From assembly GCA_964016885.1 (NCBI GenBank), contig OZ024746.1, forward strand, positions 27,528,001 to 27,592,000: DNA of 64,000 bases. Direction: 5' to 3'. Shown here piece by piece: positions 55,291 through 64,000 of the stretch. The notes under the pieces are model-generated. The model saw only the letters and a list, made by a program, of their open reading frames with translations. It was not told the DNA's origin and did not search any database. A program made the position numbers and the translations under genes. Positions within the stretch are counted from its first letter, which is position 1. Each line of letters opens with the position of its first letter. This stretch comes from Eledone cirrhosa. Its lineage: Eukaryota.

Positions 55291-58200
55291 ACTCTATCAT
55301 TCCTCATTCCTGAGGAGTTAATACTTTGTGTCCTGAAACCAAATGGTCAATGGTCTCAACGTGCTCATCGCAGATTCGACAGAGTGACGGAATCTGTGTC
55401 GAAGTCTGTCGGTTGCATTGCACCTGCAATTAAAAGGGTCACCCTTGTCGCATTCAATGTCGTGTTGAATCTCTGAGAATTAGGGTAAGATTACAATTGA
55501 ATTTATAAATGCCCAGCCACTTAGACGCTATATTTCCTGGCATGAAGTTCCTTTGTTTGAACACTTAAACATTCATCCGTGCAAACGACAGAGCTAGACT
55601 CTATTTCCATAGAATTATCTAAATATATTATATCTTCTATCGTATGATAGTAGACTTCATGTATTATATCTTAACAAGTTCCTTATATACTCACGTTGTC
55701 TCTGATCTTTTTAAAAGAATCTTTCAGTGCTATATTGTTACATAACCTAAACTAAACTTGTTCAATTAAGTGACTCCACGTTGCTTACGGCTGATGGACG
55801 GAATAATTATTTCGTTAGAAAAACTGAGTTGATTTAGATTAAGGAGCCTTTTGCCACAGCTAAAATGTCGGGAGAGTAAATAGATACGATCAATAGAAGC
55901 ACTTCAAAATTCTATGGTTTATTGTATTGCTATTGACCGGATTCCGCTATATAAGCAAGTAGTGATATTTATTATATAAGGCTGCAGCAGATAAATATAA
56001 ATTGTGTATAGTATTAAAATGTATTGGAAATGTGACGTGGCATCAGAATTATTAACAACGTTAATGGAATAATTTATTTAACCAGACTTCCTGAAAGGAA
56101 ACATACGCCAGCAAAATAATTCATTTTATAATTGATAAATTATTGAGTTGACTTGAAATTTAAGATTTAATATATAAAATAAAAATGTGCAAATACCATA
56201 AAAAATATCAATTATGATAGATGACATTTTTCGTTTCATGATTTTGGAATCGTTCCCGATATAGTGTTGCTATACAGTTACTTTAATTCACCAAGTGAAT
56301 TTCTTGTTTGTTTCTATATATGAAAAACTGCTCATATATCATCGAGTTGGCACGTTGTTACAGTGTTTCATGGTTCCGTTAAAAACTAACTGATAACAGC
56401 GCTATTATGTTAATACCATAATCTTTTCAATCGTTTTTCGAAAGATGATTGACGCCTGCATATACAATACAGACAATAAAATATTTGAAACATTTCGAGA
56501 AAATATATCATTGGTATTTTCTCCACATATCTATATCTCCGATTCAATTAAATTGTGATACGTGCATGACAGATATAGCCATTTTAGTTGAGGAGTGGAC
56601 GAGGTTTTAGAAGAAGATGGCAATGATAACGATGACAAGGGGGGAATATAATAAAGGTAGAGATAATAATTATAAGGAGTTCTTATTGATACAAAACCAT
56701 TTTATAATATCCACAACGACAGTTAATCTGATTATGTTAAATATGATAAAATAAGGTGTTAGAGTTTATCGACAGCTTCTCGAGATTTAAGCCACTTGAA
56801 AGTAGTGTTGGCAATATTAAAAAAGACAGCTATCATATTTAGTTGTAAATATGTGTTGGACCACTGTCGGTTCAGACGACGAGTGTTCCAGTTGTGTGAT
56901 CTATGGGACATAGCGTGCTCATCTAATTAAGGGGCAAATAGCTGAACATATGACGTTGATGTATATCTTTAGCATAATTCAGTGGGATTCAGCATTACAC
57001 AGCGTGTAATAAGGTTGGCCGTTTGCATTACAGATCCAAACGATGTGACAGGTTTCCAAACAGATACTCCCTACCAAATTCCACTCATAAAGTATGGATC
57101 AACAGGAAGCCATGATATAATGAAGCACTTGCTCAAGAGGACATGCAATGGGATCGAACTCGGGACCAAATGATTGGGAAGCGCAATTAACCATCTGGTA
57201 ATGCTGCTTCCGCAAGAAATGCTGCTTCCGCAAGAAATACAGTTAGTTGGAACTAGAGCTATAGTTACATATATAGTCCATGGACCCGACCACAAAAAAA
57301 AAATCATGCGACAAAACGCCAAGCTTTATTTAAATAGCTTTACTTCCGTTTCCATCTCGTTCTCTATATTATTCTTTAAATTATACCCATGAAATAAACA
57401 CACTATATTCAATATAACTACCGAAGAAGACTTTATGTTTTTGAAAAAACAACCAAATTACATTGAAATCACACTAGATTTTCTTTAAATGGCTAACGAT
57501 GTACTGAATAATGTAGTCATGGAGGGGTAATGACAGAGAAAAGTTGGATGGCGATGGTTGGAATGGCTTTTCAGGAAATGAAGAAAAATTTCACTTACAA
57601 AGAAAGAAAGTGGAAAAATGTTACATATTATTTAAATACCATAAATGTTCTACTCTTAGTTATATTATTATCAGAGTAGATACAGCTTTGTCGAATGAGT
57701 AAAACGTTCGCTTCACAATCATTATGTCACGTGTTCCACCCAACTGCATGGAATATTAGACATGTATCATTTACCACAACCTTGGGTTGACCTATGCCTT
57801 GTAAGTAAAATTAGGCTGACGGAAACTATTTAGAAGCCCGTCTGATGAGCTGTATCTGTAACTCAAAGGGCCAGCCTTGTCACACACTCTCTCACATTGA
57901 ACTCTCCTGAGAATTCGGGTAAAAATGCTTTGACACTCCCACGATCATTTCATGAGCAGGTTGTTCCGTTGACCGAACTAGTGGAGGATTCAGCATTGAA
58001 ACCGACAGTTTTCTATTGCTATTATCAGAATATATTATATCCTTCATTGAGATAGACTAATACAATGTACATTGCTTGCAACTATGTTATTAACCCGAGA
58101 ACAATGAAGCGGTATGTCAAATGCTTTGACAGTTGCAATCTCCGAGCCATATGTTAGTGCGGAAGTATTAATTTAATGTAATGAATGTCTGTGTTCTTCT

Positions 58201-58608
58201 GAAAATATCTTCTGAACATAATGTCAAGAAAGAGAATAATAAAATCGGCCATTTTACATATTCCTGGAACTGCCATCTCATGCTAATTTATTAGGTAAAT
58301 CTCTGTGAACATGACAGAGTATTTCACAGTAATGTTGTGGGAATGTCGTTGAATAGTGTTTATTGTAACCATCACGTATTGTTGCACAATCATTGCAAAC
58401 GTGATGCTTTTCTCTGGCAGTATCACCTGTTATAAATCTGTATTACTATAAACCAACAATGGAGACTCTACATAGTCGCTCGACTTGTTAGAAATAGCTA
58501 ACAACTCTCATTTAAATGTCATCCTATCTTCTTAAATATAAATATATTATCCTACACACACATGGTCACGCATACTCAAACACACACACACACACAGAGA
58601 CACACAAA

Positions 58609-58663
<55 letters not shown>

Positions 58664-59537
58664 TTATATCTGTATAAATACAGAGAGCGTAGCCAAAACA
58701 GTACCAATGTGTATACAAATGCACATATCTTATGTGTAGGCATGTAAACATACTAGAAAATACGAATTTCCCTGTAAATTGCAAAAATGATACACACCTT
58801 TAATCGATTTTCGGTTGTACTTTCGCCCTCACCAGTATACATATTAATTAATTACCAACATGAGCACTAATTATATACACGTCCATTTCAGAATAATAGT
58901 AAAACGTATGGATATACAAGCCCCTCAAAACTGTGTTTTCCTATGGTTGTTTGGATGATATACATATCTTCTGATGAGAGCCCAACTATACCACTCCCCA
59001 ACAAAAAAAAACAAAAAAACTATTAAATGGGTTTATCATTTTTTTCAAGAAAATGAAAAGGGGCACACTAACTCTCGATGGAGTCGGAGCGTAGGCATTT
59101 TATACCTCCAGGTCTGAATAGGATCAATTTATTCCAGAGAGAGAGATAGAGAGAGAGAAATACTAAGAATTTGACCCACTACTCAACTGGTAATATAACT
59201 ATCAGTGTCGAAATGACAAAAGGTTAAATAGTAAAGCTCGGTGAGATTTAAAATCAGATCTCAGAGAGTCAGGACAAATAACAAAGTATTTTTAGTTCGA
59301 CGCTTTAACAAATCAGCCTATTTGTCTCCGCCATATGGATTCTGTAACTGTCCATTTTAAGAGAATTGAGGGCAAACAAACAATATATAACATATTTATT
59401 ATGTAACTAGCTTAATCTCCAGTTCGGTATTTGGCAAGTTAGCCATTTGGCATCAGTTTTACAAAATCAATAACAGAAATAAATAATAATAATTGCAACT
59501 GTTTTACCCAGACTTATACACTCGAAATGAAATATAA

Positions 59538-59611
<74 letters not shown>

Positions 59612-59616
<5 letters not shown>

Positions 59617-59808
59617 AACGAGTAGGACCCCGACGGCTGAGCTCAAGCCGTTTCGACGGCTAATTCTGGACTAAATTAGCCGTCGAAACGGATTGAGCTC
59701 AGCCGTCGGGGTCCTACCCGTTCCTATTACCCACTCTACTACCCTAAGTATTGAGTACTTTGGTGCGTTATGGTCCATCTGGTTCCTTACCACATTTCCT
59801 TCGTTATA

Positions 59809-59810
<2 letters not shown>
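59612..59810 (+). mobile_element. Palindrome (54-bp arms, 8-nt loop) plus tail, in (TA)n, retaining a hammerhead 3' half
   Basis: 59612-59665 is the reverse complement of 59674-59727 (2 mismatches). GAAA-cgg(c/a)t-tgagctc-agccg-TC gives stem III and a GTC site. Confidence 0.8.
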
Positions 59811-59869
<59 letters not shown>

Positions 59870-60048
59870 ATGTTAAAGCGTGAATGGCAGTATGCATATG
59901 AATGTAGCTTACGTGTTGATACATATACATGAGTTTAAACTTTGCGCAAAACTGTGTACACCCACATATACATTTTCATATGCACAGGCACACACATACT
60001 GATATGCATGAATACATACATACATACATACATACATACATACATACA

Positions 60049-60082
<34 letters not shown>

Positions 60083-61301
60083 CATACATACATATATACA
60101 TACATGATGATTGATTCATTTTTGTCAGATGATAGCCGGCTCACCAACATCTCAATTCCTCCAGCAAATTTACACTCTACCATGTACCGGATGACTTCTC
60201 CATCCGGCAACTGGTTTACAAGGACTTTTGTCACAAGTAACAAATGTATGCCAGTGTGTGCACTGGGTTATTGGATCAGGATGTGAAATTCATGTTGATG
60301 AACCTTCACAGAGCGTTTTAAGTCGGAGGTTTATATACATATCTTGTCTCAAATTGGACAGACAATTAGTCACATCTGGTACAGGTGCAGGGACATTTCC
60401 AACACAATCTGCATGTGTCATTGACTGTTAATACGTTTTCATATGCTTTACAAAACCAGCTTTAGGTAAAAGGACACGGTGATAGAAATTGCAATTCCAA
60501 AAACAACATTTTGAAGCCCCCCCACCACACCTTTTCTTTGTGCTCATTTTAGCTATGCTTTCGCTTTTTTTGTTTCATCCAGTATTACGATCAAGAACTT
60601 CTTTTACCCATTGCTTTATATCGAAACCCAGACATTTTCCATTTTCCTTAATTCAATCTGTGTATCTTTTCTTAGGCTTATGCTGTAGTCTTTTTCTTTT
60701 TCCTTGAACAAGCTCGCCATAATAAATGTTCATGCTAACAAGGTACCCTTTCCAACGCATCTGACTCTTGATCCGATCTTTATAAAACTTCAGTGTTATG
60801 CACAGCCGTTTTAATTTAAAAAAAAAGTTTAAAATGTTTTGCATACATACATAGATATATACACACATATACATAGACAAACATACAAATATACATACAC
60901 ACACATACATACATAATTATATTGACTTATAGACTTATACATACATACAATCATACTTATATACATACAATATACATACATAACAAATCTAGTATTATGC
61001 TGGGTATGAGTAAATATAAAATATCGATTGTTACATCCATCTAACATTGACGCAAATAAATCACATTCTGGCATCTCTCTGGGAACTATTAACCTCTCTC
61101 AAGTAAATATTTTACAACTTTACTATCAGCTTTGCTCTTTCCCATTTCTCTCTGTCAAAAGAGAAAAAATACTACAGGATTAGTAATGGTTTGAAGTGAA
61201 GTCTATATTCATCAACATATCCCTGCACATTTATTTATGTATATACTATTATAAATAACGAAATATGTATATGTGCATAGATATATATATACCCATATAT
61301 A

Positions 61302-61367
<66 letters not shown>

Positions 61368-61688
61368 GAATTGGTGCTCTGAAATAGCGATATATATATG
61401 AATGTATATATAGTGTATTTTACAATACACTGTATGCTTAATTAAAAGCATTTCGAAGACCTTACGCTATTGTTTTAGAGTAGTGACAGTCTCACTTACT
61501 TTAAATTTTCAGCAAACAAGGAAGATAAAGCTGACACAGCTCTGTTTCGTACTTTTTGGTACTTATCAAAGCTAACTACTCCACCTGTTTGTTGATAATC
61601 ATGAATGTTTGATTCTTATAAAATTCTAGTAATACACTAAATAACATTTGATTAACTAATTTTATCGGATTATTTCCCTTACATATCA

Positions 61689-61870
61689 GTGGATTGGCTG
61701 TATCCGTAGAGTGTCGGACGCCATGCTTTCTAGCATAGTTACGTCCCTTTACGATCTGAGTTCAAATCCCGCCGAGGTTGACTTTGCCTTTCATCCTTGC
61801 GGGGGTCGATAAAATAAAGTACCAGTAATGCACTGGGTAATTGCTGGCCTTGTGCCTAAAGTAGAAACAA
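61689..61870 (+). mobile_element. Young SINE with 19-bp TSD
   Basis: TSD ttatttcccttacatatca at 61670-61688 and 61871-61889. Confidence 0.9.
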
Positions 61871-63249
61871 TTATTTCCCTTACATATCAACTAATTATAT
61901 TATATATCTACTCAGTATATTAGTTTTGAACCCAGTAGAAAACTCTAGAATATTTTCAGGAGCCGGTCCATGGTTTTATTATTATTTTATCATTATTTTT
62001 CGAAACTCGTATTTATTAACTAAATACACGGTGCACATGCGGAACATGTGAGTGACTAATGTCTCTCTTTTGAGAGAGAGAGAGAAAGAAAGAAAGAAAG
62101 AGAGAGAGAGAGGGATAGCGAAAATTATGATAGCTTGAGGGCAATCACTACGACAAACCAGTAATAAATGTGCTTCTGTGTAAACTGAGATCATTTTATT
62201 TAATTGCATGTCTATGGGAAGGAAACTTTATGAGCTTAAATATTCGAATAATCAGAAATACGCCAACCGTAATTGTCCGCTTTTCTATATTGAGTCTAAT
62301 AGTTTGAATTAATAATAAGCATTTAATGGAAGCTGGTGTTAGCGTGAAATCTGATATGAAACAAAGAATAGAATAAATGGGCTGCTGAATTAATTTTTGT
62401 TTTGAGTTTATATCCAAAGTAGATGTATTGTATTTCTTGCTAGCGGTGGCGAAATACGGTTGCGAGATTGGGGTTGGCTGGGCTGTAGACAGTGGCTCTA
62501 CAATATTTAAAAGGGCATACATTAATTGTTTTTGCCATTATAAATTGTATGTACATGTCACGATGATGAAATGTTCAGCCAGGTTCTCCATGGAAACTTA
62601 AGCCGCCTTTGCTTCCTCGTTCTACCTCAGAAATGTTTTCTTCTTATCTGTCAAAGTGAGATAACTTGTTATAAACCATATTTGTATTATTATTAACTAG
62701 TACTAGACAAAATATAATGCTGTTACAGAAAGAAAACCTAATATTCTGAGAGACAAAATAGGAACCTTTGACTTTCATGATCTACTGAAGTCAAATTATT
62801 AAGAGGAAGCTCATTAGAGTTTTAAATAATTCTTCCGTACAAAGTTCAACTCACAATACTGGAATCGACTTTACGCTATGGCAAATGAACTTGCTCAAGA
62901 TGCCACATAATGCGATGATAGATTCCAAAATACCAAGATTACGAAGCGAACTTCTTAGCCATTCAACCATACCTAAGTTGAATATTAAATCACTTAATTT
63001 TCTCATGGATATAGTTTGGTGGTTTTGTGTTAGTAGCTTTAATTACACCCGATTGACATTCTTTAATAATACGTAATAATGGAATAAGCTAAATTAGGTT
63101 CCAGCATGTTCTTCATTAATTCCAGTTATTTAGCTAAAGTTCTTTGGAAGAACGAAGCTAAAAGCTACGCCACTGACCATTCAGAAGATATAAAGTGAAA
63201 CAAATAATATTTGGCGGCAGTATTTCCACATTCTGTTAAGTTCACTAAT

Positions 63250-63616
63250 GAAATAATTGTTTCCAATAGGGCCAGCAGTGTTGAGGTGATGCAGTCATCA
63301 ATCAAATCGACCCCAGAATATAACTGGCACTTTGTTTTTTTATTGACCGTGGAAGGATGAAGGGCAAAGTTGTTTTGGCGGCTTTTGAAATCTGACGCTC
63401 TACAGATTACGTTAATCCACCACCCACTTTTGACTAAAATAATTCTTTCTAACATTGGCACAAGGCCAAGAATTTAGGGGAAGGGGAAGTCGATTATAGT
63501 GATCTCATAAAGAAGAATGAAAGGCAAATTTAATCTCGTGGGGATTTAACCCGAGAAGGTAAAGAACCCAAAGAAGCATCGCCCGACGTGTTAAGAGTTC
63601 TGCCAATCCACCACCA
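63250..63616 (-). mobile_element. Two diverged older copies of the Deu/Nin-like SINE
   Basis: ggatgaagggcaaagtt, gaatgaaaggcaaattt, ggcacaaggcc and tgccaatccacc. Similar relics near 32160, 38310, 38815, 52200 and 59170. Confidence 0.65.
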
Positions 63617-64000
63617 TATTTTTAACTGAAATAATATCTACTGCTCTGTACGAGATTTATCGCTGTGGATTGAAACACTTCTTAAATATACTGAGAAAAT
63701 AACTGAATATAACCTAAAAGCATATGATCTCCAGCTTTGCGCAAGAAACTGATGCATACTAAAGCTGCACTAGTGACCTTTCTAAGTTAAATGTTATGGT
63801 AGAAACAGAAATTGAGAGATTTTGTGATTTGAAAACCCAGAGGGAGGTAGGTGTTTATCACGAAATTTCTTCTATCTCAGGAAATAATGTTGCTTTGATA
63901 TAATCTGAGAGAATGAAATACTGCTGAGAGTGTTTTTTTTTGTTTCAGTCTACTCCTACATAATTAATATATACGTAAAAGGTAATATAGTGTTTATTAT

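Noticed and set aside
55304-55354. Hammerhead-like CTGAGGA..GAAAccaaatggTC
   Set aside because: No convincing stem II, stem I is out of register by one nt, and it lies at the edge of a LINE relic.

Overview
AT-rich, microsatellite-saturated animal genomic DNA. The repeat content is most consistent with an octopus/coleoid cephalopod (inference). No host gene could be confidently identified, and nearly all listed ORFs are microsatellite artefacts. Main content: (1) a near-full-length but disabled L1/Tx1-type LINE (about 3.16-9.23 kb) sitting in (ATT)n, with an older deleted relative upstream; (2) about 10 young tRNA-derived SINEs with TSDs, plus older SINEs; (3) four copies of a ~610-bp non-coding retroposon; (4) RTE-, RLE- and Penelope-type RT/endonuclease relics; (5) a 50-bp minisatellite and a 1.6-kb (CCAA)n tract. 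The most striking signal is a set of short non-coding inserts, mostly in (TA)n, with a shared architecture: inverted copy + forward copy + unique tail. These carry minimal type I hammerhead ribozymes (CTGANGA-stem II-GAAA-palindromic stem III-TH). I found about 9 complete motifs and several half motifs from at least 6 sequence families with no evident similarity to one another. Two long near-perfect palindromes carry a complete hammerhead on both strands. They are best read as Penelope-like-element pLTR/retrozyme-type inserts, and a Penelope RT relic lies in the same window.
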